Assembly: GCF_964204865.1 (NCBI RefSeq)
Contig: NC_135253.1
Location: forward strand, 13,268,001 to 13,332,000
Reading direction: 5' to 3'
DNA from: Styela clava
Lineage: Eukaryota
Length of the DNA stretch: 64,000 nucleotides
Position 1 is the first letter of the stretch, and every line of letters starts with the position of its first letter. Made by a program: the position numbers and the translations under genes. The notes beneath the pieces are model-generated. The model was not told where the DNA came from. It was given only the letters and a program-made list of their open reading frames with translations, and did not search any database. Positions 40,201 to 50,400 of the stretch are shown one piece after another.

Positions 40201-43200
40201 TGCTTTTTTATTTACTCTCCATTCTATATTAAAGTTATATTATTATAATCTATTTTAGGCCTTAGAAAACATTGGTTCAATTCCGAATGCAGGTCTCTAC
40301 TACATTTTTTATATTTGACATAAGGAATCTACGTTATGTTAAACAAAAATTTTACAAATAATATCATTCAAACCTACCAATTTCTTGTTCACCATCTGCC
40401 GTATCAATAACATGTGGTGTTTTCTCATCTAAAATAAATAAAATATATAATCTTCGAGTGTAGTTGTTCCACTAAAAGCACTAATGACATCAATTTCATT
40501 GTACTTCATGAATTGACAGTGTTGTCCTTAGACAGGTTGACAATTGAACAACAACAACAAAATTTAAATCATGTAAGAAAAAACATAATATTTGAAAGAC
40601 ACAATATAGACAAACACAATTTCTACTTTTAGACTTGAAGGAGAATGAATAAAGAGGACTGATTGTGTGCTAGAACATTTCAGGAATTTTCTATGTCTTG
40701 TTGGGTTTTGTATAAACCCTGGTTGACGAGAGGCCGTGGAAGACTATCAAGTCATTATGTCAGCCCCCCCCCCCCCAATTGATGCATTTAGTAGCAGATA
40801 ATTTAAAAAAAAAAAAATAATAATATAAACTAGTTTTTCAAAGTGTTATATTAAATGAATATAATTTGAAAAATATAAATCGATTCGAGAGAGCACAATT
40901 ACAACAATTACATTGCTGACTAACATGACGCTGCAAATCAAAGATAACTGAATGGAGAATTTCAGCAACTACACTACGGGAATTGTTCTTGAAGTTATGG
41001 ATATTTGGACAAGAGAAATACCTATATCAGTGATGTAGTGGGAAGAAGTCACACTAAAGACATTTTGATGAATAGGACATACATGATAATAATGAAAAAA
41101 TTTAAAAACATCTAAAGAGATTGAGATTGATAAGACCAGATAAAAGCAACATCAATTTGTTGCAAAATTATAATGGAAAACCGTCCCAAAAATATGCCTC
41201 ACAAAAAGAGAATTACTGAGATATATAAGAACTGAGGTGAAGATTATTCAATGGTTGTTTCTTATTTGAATATATTATAGTTTTTGAATGAATAGTAACA
41301 GTGCATTTAAAAGTTTTGTATCATAAACTTTATGGAATTTTGTGTATTACTGGTGTCGCAGTGTGTTAAATAAAATGAACTATTGACAGAACCCCAAGTA
41401 TGCATATGGGTGAATTGCACTCAGTTTCACAAAATGGCAAGTAACAGCAATAAGCAATTTATCATTATAGTTATAGTGCATAATTTTCAGCACTTCAATT
41501 TCATAAATATCTGCAAATACTGCAATTGTAACCATTACCATCTTATGATAGGAGTAGGAGTAGTAATTTTAACTAAGACCCGGAATTACTAACCATGCAA
41601 TCTTTGACACATTGCAATTTGAATGGAAGAAATATTTTAGCAACTAAATTCGAGCTATCTCTAAATTGATCTAAATTCTAATTTAAATCCAACATTCTTT
41701 CACTAAGGTTAATAGGAGTAATGTAGTCCAACAATCGATAAATTGCCAGAAACAATGATTAAAGCAACTATTCCCCTGAAAATATAAAACAGTATAAACA
41801 GGACATTTCTTCAATAAAATCACTGCACAATTCATGTGGGTATGTTAGTTTATTTGAGATTAATAGATATATTAAGTCATCTATAAAATTATCATTAAGA
41901 AGTTACTTTTATGGATCTGGTTTAGCTGCATTAGGAAAAAAGCGGATCTGTAGTTTTATATAAAGACAAAAAAAAATATTGCATTGAATAGAACAGCAAA
42001 CAATTAATGCAATGGCACAAACTGCATCTAAAAAAACACAAAACAACAAAAGTTAGGTCTGATTTTGGTGAGACTTCTGCAGTCTTTTTAATGAGGTAAT
42101 TGAGAATTAGCTAAGAGGTGATATGTTTTTTAATTAATAAACACATTAAAAATAATATTTTAAGAACAAGAGTTTTTACTTTTAAACTTAAAGGAGAAGA
42201 AACAAAGAAGACTGATTGTGTGCTAGAAACTTTTAAAACTCCCCATGTTCCATTCGGGTTTGTATATGCCCTGGTTGATTATGCATTAATCTAAGTCTGT
42301 GTATCTGGTAGTGATAGCTATTACAATAACCAAAGTGCACTGAGGAATAAATGAGGATCCTACAAGCCTCCTTTATAAAAAATACATAAAATACTATGAT
42401 GTTACTTTATAGAATCATTAACTTAAAGCACGGCCTCAAACACTACAAATCGAACAAACACATGGGCATAGTCACAAGTGACAACTTATGTGACACAATC
42501 TATAGTGAAGTTAACAAATTTTGATTGGGAGTCACCCCAAACAGTCTAGATCATATTTGGATTAGTTACTGTAATATTCAAGTTTTTGTTATACATTTTT
42601 AATGTTAAGAATAGTATTAGTTATATATTAGCAAGTGCTTGATTTTCGATGTTTTTCTTTTCAGCATTGTTTTAATTTAATTTGAATGTTGTTGATTTGA
42701 TTCGAAGTTTCAATTGATTTAGGTAGATTAGCAAATTATTCTACAATCTTCAATATTATCTTTTGTTCTTGTTTACACTAATCAACACTATTATACCATT
42801 TTTATATTATTTTCCTTTATTGATGGCAACTAAAAATTCTGGGCATCGAACTTTGGAAGTGTATTTTGAACATTAAACTTTGCGTGTTTGTGTTATACGT
42901 TTTTAATACTCATCAATAGCAAAAGAAGATATTCATATCCCTATTACACTAGTTACAAGAACCCACCAGAATTTATAAAAGAAAAAATTAAGAACAATAG
43001 AGCAATGAAAAAGAAATATGTAAACAGCAGTCATTTGATGTAATAGAAACAATTCTTAGATTCGACAGAATGTGTTTGTTTTCGATTGGAAATATTATGA
43101 ATATATGGTGTGTAAAATGTTTGAAAAACTCTAGGGTTTGTAAATGAGCAATCACGCTGTTATTCAACATGTTATTATTCTCAACTTTATTCCTGTAAAT

Positions 43201-46200
43201 GTGGGATAGAATTGGGCTAAATGGCAAGAAGAAACTCATTTCATGTCTGTGAATTTGTAAATTCAAGTTAAGCTATGATTTTGAGGTATTATAATATTAA
43301 GTTTTGTTCAACATTTGAGTAGTAAAAAAAGAAAAAATGATAATGAATATCTGTAGTAGATTATACACATTTATGCATTCATTGGAATAATGAAATAAAT
43401 AGGATAAACTAGTAGCTGTAAAGTGTCTGTGATGATGTGTCTGTCAGTGATTCTCAAAGTTTAACATGCGAAGTCGGATTCATTTGGGGATATTTTAACA
43501 ATATTAAATATTATTGTTATCAATAAATAAGGTTCCACCTGTTGATATTAGAAAGATATTATTAGTAAGTTGTTAATAATCTGCAAACCAAGTTCTGTTT
43601 TCTTTTTTCCAGATGTAGTTTTATTACCAGCACCTCTAAGTTTAGAATCTGGTTCAGCCGTAATAATGAATTAAAGGTAAATCTGTATTGTTTTCCAAAA
43701 AAATAAATCGATACTCTGACGACGTTACTTTCTACACCAGCAGACTACTGACATTAAACAACTTATAGTCAGCAAAAGCAAACAAAATATTAAAATGAAT
43801 AAAAGGAAAACAATAATATGAATTTGCATAGCATAGTGAACCGTTTGTAATGCAATGGAACAGACTATATATCTGTAACAAAAGAAAATCACAAGTACCA
43901 AAAAACAGTTGAAAAACAATCGGTAAGTTTATTTAGAAAAAAATTAAAATTACTGAGTACTGCTTCACTTTTAGTATGCGGGACAATTGGTATCAAAAAA
44001 GTTTTTAAAAGATGCTTCTATTCTATTTTTTGCTTGTTTTTGTTTTGAATAAAGCTAAATTTGCATTTTTTTAGAAGGTGATCTCCTCTTTTCTATGGAG
44101 AGTATTTAGTTCTTTTTTCTATAAGAAATGGCATATCATTTTTTCAATAATGACATACCATGACTAGTTTCTGTTGCCTGTTCATTGTTCTGAATGAGAG
44201 AGTTTTTATCATTCTGCATTTCTTCATGCGTTTGATATCCTTCTGTTTATGAAGAATTGATAGTACAATGATAAACTTCAAAACATAAAAATTTTGGATT
44301 ACAATTCCATCATGTCATGTACTAGAATAAATGGCCATTCCAACTATCAACCTAACATAGATAAGGTAGTGCATTTTGAATATTGAAACATTGAACTTTT
44401 CATGTTTGTGTTTTTGTCAACTCATCAATAGCAAAAGAAGATATTCACGTCTTCTTTTAATGATTACAATAACCTTTCCCAGTTTACATAAATCAAAAGG
44501 ATATTTAGGTCTTCTGTTAATAGTTAAAAGAACCTCTCAAAAATTGAACAAGACAAAAGTTAACAACAGTAGAGTAATTGAATAGAAATAAGTAGAGTAA
44601 TGTTAATATGTAAACAGAAGTCATTTGAAGTAAGAGATACAATTCTCAGATTCAACAGGATGTGTTTGTATTTCATTGGTGGAAATAATAAGGGAAATAT
44701 AGAGTGTAAAATGTTTTCAAAAACATAAATAAAATATCACAATGTTATCCAACATGCTATTATTCAAAAAGAAACTCATTCCATGTCTGTGAAGTTGTAA
44801 ATTTAAGTTAAGCTTTGATTTTGAGGTATTATTATATTAAGTTTTGTAAAAAAAAATGGGTAGTGGAAAAAGAAAAAATCATCATGAATATATGTAGCAA
44901 GGTTCTACTCATTCCTGCATTTATTAGAAAGAATGAAATAAAATGGGATAAACTAATAGCTGCGATGCGTCTGTAATGATGTGTCTTTCAGTGGCCATTG
45001 TGTGTAATATTCATTTTCCTTCAGTTGAGATGTAAGGTCAAATAACAGTCAAAATATCCTATTTTTAATTAACCATAGTAAATCTCATAGGTTAAAATAT
45101 TACCCTCCTTCTCACACAATTCTTGGTTAAACTCTTCATCAGCAATAGTTCCAACCTGTAGCATAAATTTAATTTATAATGTTCTTGTTCAATAACAACT
45201 ATCCATATCTAATCAAGTTATATGTGTTATCACCAGTTATTCCTAATTTGCATATTCGTTTATTATTAATCAAATCCTCAGTAGTGTTTTAATTTTTTGC
45301 ACATTTGATCTATAAACAGGTCAGTGAAAATACAAAACATCAAAAATAAATACAAGTTATGCAAAAATACAAATTTCACAAAGCATTTCAATAAACTATA
45401 ACTTTTGTGTTGTATGAACCGACAACTCAACAGCTTAAACATAACTAAATAGCAATCATTAATACAAACCGGATGTTGCACCATTTTGGCGGCACTGAGA
45501 AATAAATCCAATTTTTCTTCGTTATCAGTAGAGGTGATGCAAAATTGAATAAAGTGAAGAGGCCAGTCAGTGTTTTCTGTCATCTCTCTGTACATTGATT
45601 TTAATGTTTGAAGTATTATATAATTGTATATAGAGTCAAAAATGAATGCATCAGGTGAATGAAATATCAAATATGAGACAAATCTTACGTTGCTTTATCT
45701 TGCCAAATGTCCACGATGAGTTGTTTGAGAATTTCATTGTAAGTCTCTAGTTCCTTTCAACGGTTGTATTAAAGAAACATGACTTTCATTGAAAGCTTGG
45801 CTACATATCACAGACAGAAGTTCTGTAACTTTCACGTTCATTTCAAGGTCTATTCAAAATATATTTTTAATTTTTTGTAAATGCTTTGTTCAACCGTATA
45901 TAAAAATATAAGAATATACAAAATAAATTGTATTTAAGATTTGAAAAATGTAAATAATTTCATGCAGTGAGACAATAATGCATTTACATACTAGATGTGA
46001 AAATATCTGCCAAGCAATTTTCATTCTAACTCACTATAATCCAAAAATAATTTTAATGTTCATCTATCCAGATCAAATTTTTGATTATAGTCAAGGGAGA
46101 AGTGCTAATTGACTGCCTATTATTATTTTATGGAACTTGATAAATATAGAAAAAAAACTTAAATGCACAATGGATTATACATTTCCCAATGTATTTGAAT

Positions 46201-47264
46201 AATTCATCTCTGTTAACATTACAGTTTACCTTATGATAAATAAGCACTCACCCTCATCATTCAAGGCAGTAACAAAACATGACACATCTTTATTTTTCTC
46301 TTGAACAATTTGAATAATTCTTCCAATAGATTCACAACTCCCTTTCGTTTTTCTCATCTTCATGATTTCAATTCGTTCATCTTGCAATGAAGAGATTTTG
46401 CGAATAGTTTATGAATATATTAGAATTATAATAAAGAAAAAAATGATATGATTCTAATATGTGATGAAATATGGATTCTAGACAGATTATTATCATATCA
46501 TCAGATTTTAAATTTTCATAACAATTTTCAATTTGACAAACATTTCTTGTGATAAGATTTATTCCAAACTTCACCCTCAAGTGTGTTTACTTGTTAAGAT
46601 ATTTCACAGTCTAGTATTTGTACCCACATACAAAAGGATGTTTAGTCCCAATCATGCAAAACATTTAACACTGTTTTTCTTTATTCGAAAAATTAGGCAT
46701 CGAGGCAACCAATGTGATATGCATATTTAATAAATGTCGAACCGCCTGTTTTATCCGATCAATAAAAAAATTCTGTTTTACTATTAATGCGACTAATATA
46801 ATATTAAATTATGGCCTTTTAACATCCCCGATCGTCAATGACCATAAAATTTGTTTATATCATTAGACGACGTGTAACGATACAAATTTTACCACTAATG
46901 TTGGAAATAAATTTCTGAGAGAAAGTTTTGCGGCTATTCTTTAAATTCAACTCCTAACTATTAGCGCTGGCAACATCGTGAAAAGTAGAATTTCATCGTA
47001 TTAAACATGGTTTTTAGGTATAAAAGTAATATGTTAGGGGAAATGATTGGGTCAATATAATATCAGGAGGAATAAACCAGTGTATTACAGAAAAAAATCA
47101 TGATTATTAGTGATCGTAATACCTTTGGTAATGATATCATCATCGCGAAGCAAGAAGGCCAACTTCTTCATTCTTGCCTCATCATACACCACGCATTTCT
47201 TCAGAACGACCGAGATACATTGCAAACGTGCAGAATTTTCCACACCCGCACTCATCTCGGCCAT
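1..47264 (-). CDS. RNF213: RNF213/mysterin-like giant AAA+ ATPase / E3 ligase gene with N-terminal CARD-like domain (3' end beyond window)
   Basis: GT-AG exons joined by hand, in transcript order: 47123-47264, 46252-46380, 45812-45849, 45689-45753, 45470-45587, 45104-45155, 44159-44242, 40378-40428, 39977-40045, 39121-39222, 38411-38516, 38190-38335, 37831-38055, 36638-36894, 36243-36470, 35761-35980, 34976-35058, (unresolved gap), 30098-30231, 29251-29419, LINE-split exon, 24164-24339, 21527-21665, 21223-21440, 20651-20858, 20290-20334, 19619-19808, 19206-19355, 18620-18743, 15630-15762, 14881-15096, 14513-14637, 13630-13948, 11305-11477, 10730-10859, 8696-8868, 6788-6922, 5186-6705, 4589-5105, 4346-4516, 1-4273. 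RNF213 signature peptides: SGVGKSLYVK, FDPDPSYELTTDNVLKM, GETGCGKT, DEANT, GKPGSSKS, LDEIGLAEDSPNMPLK, ISNWALDPAKMNRG, FFGLRDYYSL-like segment. Some small N-terminal exons may be missing or misplaced. Confidence 0.93.
941..1057 (-). other. RING-finger domain, C3-E-C4 variant
   Basis: CIPC-GKIIQVPIKMP-CGE-FI-CKDC-AQIAVSQEIKL-CPLC-PESLPSDFS, collinear with the human RNF213 RING (..CPYCLTALPDEFS). Confidence 0.85.
4346..5105 (-). CDS. RNF213: Two exons (4589-5105, 4346-4516) encoding the AAA4 Walker A and Walker B motifs
   Basis: YVSLRDVER...NEALCENVYLMTIC...PLYLVGKPGSSKS; FQCSA...VVLDEIGLAE. Flanked by 72-80 bp GT-AG introns. Confidence 0.92.
5186..6705 (-). CDS. RNF213: Exon encoding the AAA2 end and AAA3 (Walker A GETGCGKT, Walker B FYDEANT)
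   Basis: ORF 5173-6651 extended to the acceptor at 6706-6707; donor GTGGGA at 5185. Confidence 0.93.
7154..8069 (-). pseudogene. Buster/ZBED5-like transposase remnant (BED finger fused to hAT dimerisation end; DDE core deleted; interrupted by a SINE)
   Basis: RKWDETYLKYGF...PVCLICSKRLSNSALAPAKLQRHLEASH; then TYLCESAFS..IK.KRRS; after the SINE, ..VEPRFK*ISKKMQKQPSH*. Confidence 0.85.
7251..7589 (-). mobile_element. tRNA-derived SINE, copy 1
   Basis: A box TGGCTCAACGG (7567-7577), B box GGTTCAAATCC (7498-7508), 3' AATAAA plus (ATCCT)n tail; second copy at 9599-9921. Confidence 0.85.
9599..9921 (-). mobile_element. tRNA-derived SINE, copy 2 (more diverged)
   Basis: Alignable end to end with 7251-7589; degenerate TSD tggcac/tagcac. 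Confidence 0.8.
11041..11185. repeat. Intronic tandem duplication of about 68 bp
   Basis: ggaaacaggactttgaatacataggcaaaaaatgattttggc repeated twice with small changes. Confidence 0.75.
15883..16959. mobile_element. Non-autonomous TA-flanked element with long imperfect TIRs built of 9-bp subrepeats (foldback/Tc1-mariner-like MITE)
   Basis: Left end tactggttgtctcaaaaatgttggatcccacttgtccc... is the reverse complement of the right end ...caagtgggacgcaacatattttagacaccataata; unit (tcccacttg)n. Confidence 0.65.
17325..18481. mobile_element. hAT (Buster-group) MITE
   Basis: TIRs CAGTTGTTCCCAACC / GGTTGGGAACCACTG; subterminal GCGACCC; 8-bp TSD CCCTATTG (17317-17324, 18482-18489). Confidence 0.88.
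24592..29065 (-). mobile_element. 5'-truncated CR1/L2-group LINE, same orientation as the host gene
   Basis: ORF2, then about 1.2 kb of 3' UTR ending CCCGTC...GACGAATAAA(CATA)n; candidate 4-bp TSD TTGA on the minus strand. Confidence 0.88.
25827..29069 (-). CDS. LINE ORF2: PHD-finger remnant, APE endonuclease, reverse transcriptase
   Basis: WYCRLC; INMRSL, NETWL, GDLN, IDHIW, SDHLPV; YRPISLL, FLDLSKAFD, QGS, FADD. Uninterrupted; roughly the first 20 codons are junction filler. Confidence 0.92.
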   Translation of the reverse strand: MNKFNRLCFFGQFNSLMFLWATDMTYSNFYDLFSRNDETGKFRKLCNEPNDIPWYCRLCLQNSLPFSSLSNTEVNDLCLNNDPSSTLTPEILNEFFTEALLLNIDNDEISDSTKICMSDCQYLSAANLDILCSDNLNPLVTMCINMRSLANPRNFSKLEALIASMTVCPDLIAVNETWLKPNQIGSHKNLGDYTFLSNPRVTSKGGVVGLYIKKNITFKARPDISIMNERIFESTFVDIYLKDRIVTCGTIYRSPLSDSQSNNQFISFLESTLQTLSKNCIFMGDLNYNLLETNKTVDEFCELMNSASFYPVVSKPTRITQSSSTIIDHIWTNIFDCKPRSAIIVDPISDHLPVLVCIPLRKKLRKAENEYFRQYNISNLDNFKLMLEQSDFSAVFSKTDPDIAFRIFNEYFSESFKTCFPLKKGNIKNINKWFDKELLKMQKKKHKLYKNYLTEKSEQTKFKYSECKKKYEKLITAKKQNYYKSLLGRHRNDLKKTWRTMNDLLGRSKPNLTKVFSINGQETSDPVEIADHFNSHFSTIGNKMVERFTHTRRDDFKQYMGHPSKTSMFLAPTTAFEVQNILKSFRPKTSCGIDGIPFKVIRMMPWNCICALAHIFNCSLQSGKYIDQFKLSKVMPLFKKGNAKDVKNYRPISLLPAFSKILEKIMYKRLNHFLDQKNFFYSQQFGFRQNHSTSHATSLLVSKILEGFDKNEYTLSMFLDLSKAFDSIDHDILLAKLHHIGVRGQSYNWFKSYLSGRKQVVIYNDVASSTYCNLTVGTLQGSILAPLCFSIIINDFPNSLLHSDIILFADDSTPYLRGKNLPEVLTKANTDLENIQAWLSANKLTINVDKTKYMIFSTPKQKCPTLQQNLELNGINIERVNQTRFLGVMIDEKLSWKQHTNMVLSKTRSSLSAITKIANNLNTSCSISLYHSLIESHIRYCASAYVHRQSSILKKIQSVCNRFIRRVFHRGNRKKVDDLFKEHRLLRVVDLAKFELCNMMFSCHIGELPSSLNSLFQANSNSNSRNKDNFFIPFVSKSISQESIAVCGPKAWNSLPDDIKNSKSNSEFCSKLKQYILSSY
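31190..31753. mobile_element. pogo/Tigger-like MITE
   Basis: TIRs CCGTATTTCCTGGCGAATAAGTC / GACTTATTCGCCGGGAAATACAG; TA on the left, TG on the right. Confidence 0.8.
32740..34335 (+). CDS. Penelope RT - Cys linker - GIY-YIG endonuclease (N-terminally truncated)
   Basis: PKIHK..RPII, DVVSLYTNI, GTAMG, RFIDD, CGRKSCSTC, VIYLISCKKCGMQYIGET, RITEH, GMN; frame open from the junction to the stop. Confidence 0.92.
   Translation, partial: PKPGRLRLQPKIHKENHPSRPIISTNGTATEKLSAYVDYKLTPLMCKRVIPSYIRDSMDFLNHLQKIKTIGQESLLVSMDVVSLYTNIPHNDGIEAMEKYLNRFNEDKQEIPWIAKAANLVLTNNNFVFDEQHYLQIQGTAMGTKLAPKYANIFMANLESNLLDKTPLKPQYYCRFIDDCFLIWTHGKEKLSEFVTLANSLHPTIKFTFECSTNWITFLDVKVHIINNKLETEIFSKETDSHQYLSPSSCHPKHVTKNIPKSLFIRIRRTCSTNEHFDKHAKIMKTYLTKRNYKENLVDDAIQSAKELDRKLLLIPKTETKKETLLPFITNYHPTQPNLRKIFSDYQYILDNNDRLKEIFPKPPRLAYRKCPTLRDKLVRAKLKPETPVKKNPGFFKCGRKSCSTCQYSEERKIATNKQKTAEIRIRQKVTCNSENVIYLISCKKCGMQYIGETGRHLKYRITEHIRSIKTQNKDLVVGAHFSQPGHSLKDLSVIGIEKLFHDHIYRKNKESHYIHLFGTHEPQGMNIKEV
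34703..34752 (+). ncRNA. Minimal type-I hammerhead ribozyme motif
   Basis: CTGAAGA (34711-34717), stem II GTCTGACC-TT-GGTCAGAC, GAAA, palindromic stem III ACGT, triplet GUU, stem I TGT/ACA. Confidence 0.8.
37098..37648. mobile_element. Old pogo/Tigger-like MITE
   Basis: TA|CCGTATATTCCGACTAAG ... ATTAGCTGAGAAATATGG|TA; resembles 31190-31753. Confidence 0.6.
42870..45000. repeat. Diverged intronic duplication of about 580 bp (42870-43450 vs 44410-45000)
   Basis: Shared blocks actcatcaatagcaaaagaagatattca (42908, 44420) and aagttaagct.tgattttgaggtatta. Confidence 0.75.
45812..47264 (-). other. CARD-like death-fold domain encoded by exons 1-3
   Basis: ATG in caacaATGG context. Peptide MAEMSAGVENSARLQCISVVLKKCVVYDEARMKKLAFLLRDDDIITK/DERIEIMKMRKRKGSCESIGRIIQIVQEKNKDVSCFVTALNDE/DLEMNVKVTELLS, with phase-compatible splice sites. 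Confidence 0.65.
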
Positions 47265-47439
47265 TGTTGAATGACAGCAACGGCAAGTATATTTTTAATT
47301 CTGTGGCATTTACGATTGATTGCAATTGTAAATATGCTAAACTGACGGAATATATATATATATGATCATGAAAAATTATAAATATAGCATAAAGCTGAAT
47401 ATATATTTATATATATAAAGTGCAATGATATGACACAAG

Positions 47440-50400
47440 ATGCGATATGTACCTTTGGGTTACTGAAAATAAAATTTAGTTGATTCAACAAAGCATATTT
47501 TCAAGTTTTCATAATAAATATTAATCATACAAAAGATGTTAAAGTTGATAAAGATGTTAAGTATTAAAACGCTAGTGGTAATAGTTGCAAAACACAAAAA
47601 AAATCTTCCATAATACCCGCACTCTCTTCTCAAAACATTATTTCTTTTCAACTGCAGTGTGTTTCACTATCTACACACATTATTGGCAGACAAACCCAAA
47701 ACTAATAATTAGGCAAAATTATTTCATAAAACATTTTTATGATTTTTAAAACTCCAACTCTGACATATAACTGTGACTAAGAGTGGCAAACAATCATATC
47801 ACGAAAGAACAAACAAATACACACAGAGATTGCATTTGAACCCCATCGATTAAATGGTGAGGAGGTTTTGGAAACGTTAACATAAGTCCGCAATCGTGCA
47901 TACTAAAACTATTTTATGCAATTTACGCTTACCGAGCAGTGAAGTACAGTGTGAAAAATGCAGAAGTTTAAACGCTCAGTGGTACAGCTCAAATAAAATC
48001 GGCCAATCAGAAACAATCAAGTTCTGCACAAACAAGTCTTTCTTCGAACGGAAGGATAACCTTCACTTAGTTTCTAGATAATATCTTCAAAACATAAATA
48101 AATTAACAGAGGCCGTCGTTATTCTTGAAACCTAAAACTATAGAATCCCCTAGAATATATACTGGTTGCTCGATGGAGATAAACTACCACGGGTCTACAG
48201 ATTACGTTGCATAAAACAAATTTGATTTTGACTTAGCAGTTACATAGAAAATAAGGGTTAAACTTAAGCACCGATATAAAATAACTCGTTTTTCATGATT
48301 ACCAGACTTTCGGCCAGGCATATTGAGAAACGCGATCAGATTCATTTGTTAATAAAAAAAAATCATTGAATCACAAAATGCTGTGAACATTTTGATGTGA
48401 TTAATTTCGGCAGAAAGTTATTATCCAACGACAAATGTTTTGCAGAAGAATGAATTTTGAATCAAGTGATTTTCTGGTGTAATGATGCGAAACCACATAC
48501 GCTATGAGCATTTGGGTTAATTTACTGATCATAAAATTTAATTAATGCAACTCATTTAATTGCATATTTTTAAGTTTGCACAAAAAATAATAATCATGCA
48601 AAAGATGTTAAACTCAAAAGTAATAAAAAAAGTAGTGGTTATAAATGTAAAACTGATAAAATTCTTCGGTATAATAACTGAATTGTCTTCTAAAATCATT
48701 ATTACTTAGTTTCTGAGTAATCGCAGATTTGCATTGTGTTTTACTATATACACAAATTATTGGCAGGCTGAACCCTAAGTAATAATTACTCAATAATGTT
48801 AAACTTGACATAGAATTGATTTTAAAATTCTCAAATCCAACATAACTGTGACAGTGAATAGCAAAATTCAAATTACAAAAAAACAGGTTTGATAATCTTG
48901 CATCCTAAAACTATTTTACACAATTTACACTTTCAAACCAGCTGAGCTGCTGTGTCGAAAATGCAGAAGCGTAAAAGCTCGGTCGTACAGCTCAATAAAA
49001 ATTGACAAATAAAAAGCAATCGAGCTTTGCACGGCTTGGTGCAAACAAGTCTTCGTTCAACATAGCAACCATGTGCGAACAAAAGTTTAATCACCGTCAC
49101 TACCCATAGAATCCCCTAGAATATATATATACTGGTTGCTCGATGGAGATAAACTACCGCGGATCCATAAATTACGTTTGCCTAAACAAATTTGATTTTG
49201 ACTTAGTAGTCACGTAGGTAATAGGGGTTCAACTTTAACATCGATATAAAATAACTTGTTTTTCATGATTACCAGAATTTTGCCGAGGCATTTTGCAAAA
49301 CGTGTTCTGATTCAATTATTAATAAAAATATTCATTGATCCACAAATGCTGTGAACATTTTATGTGATTAATTTTGACAGTAAGTCATTATCCAGCGGCA
49401 AGCGTCCTTCAGAAGAATGAATCAAGAAGCAAATGACTCTCTGGCTTAGTAACTGATTCCGAAATCCACCAACTGATGGTCGTTAGGCCCTCCAAGCAAA
49501 GTTCGAGAAAGGCTACAATGCGTTAAAGAATTTATATCTAATGAGTGTGACCTGTAAGTGGTGTTGCTTAAGCTGACTTGTTGTTGTTGTTGCAACATTA
49601 TCATATATTCTTAACGTGAAGATAACTTTTATCGTAATTTGCATTACATTAAGCTTGTCAACTACATGCCTCATGACAAAGTTGTCGAGTCCCGGTACTT
49701 CAACTATTATCGACCTTTGTCAAGCTTCGTTCTGAACTTCTGGATGGAGAAGTAACGCTTTCTGAAACAAGGAGAAAAAATGGCGAAGATGGTTTTTTGA
49801 CTGGAACCAGACCTGCATATATCTATATACTTGGCAGGTATAAACCCAACGACTCAAAATTCATATGGGCTTCGACATACAAATTTGAACTATCATTTAT
49901 TTTCAAATCGTTTTCAAATTTTAAACACGTGTTCGAGAATTTTCCTCCCCGCACTCAGAGGTCGTGAATATTTTGATGTGATCAATTTTGCATAAAAGTT
50001 ATTATCCAACGACAAGCGTTTTGCAGAAGAATGATTTTTGAATCAAGTGACTTCCTGATACGTGTTAACTTTCGGATCATAAAATTCAATCAATTCAATA
50101 TATACATTCATTTGCACGATTTCAGGTTTTCACAAAAATAATAATCAAACGAAAGATGTTAAAGTTAGAGGTATTAAAATATATTGGTTATAAATATAAA
50201 GCTGGTGAATAATTTCCGTAATAACCACACTATTATCTCGTAACATTTTTTTTTAAATTTCTGAGTAATTGCAGTATGTTTTACTGTTCACACAAATAAT
50301 TGGCAAACTGAAAGCAAAGTAATAATTTACCAATATTATTAAACTCGACATAAAACTGATTTTAAAACTCTCAACTCTGATATAACTGTGACTGTGAGTA

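Noticed and set aside
47228-47245. NF-kB-like GGAAAATTC site
   Set aside because: Imperfect match that lies inside coding exon 1.
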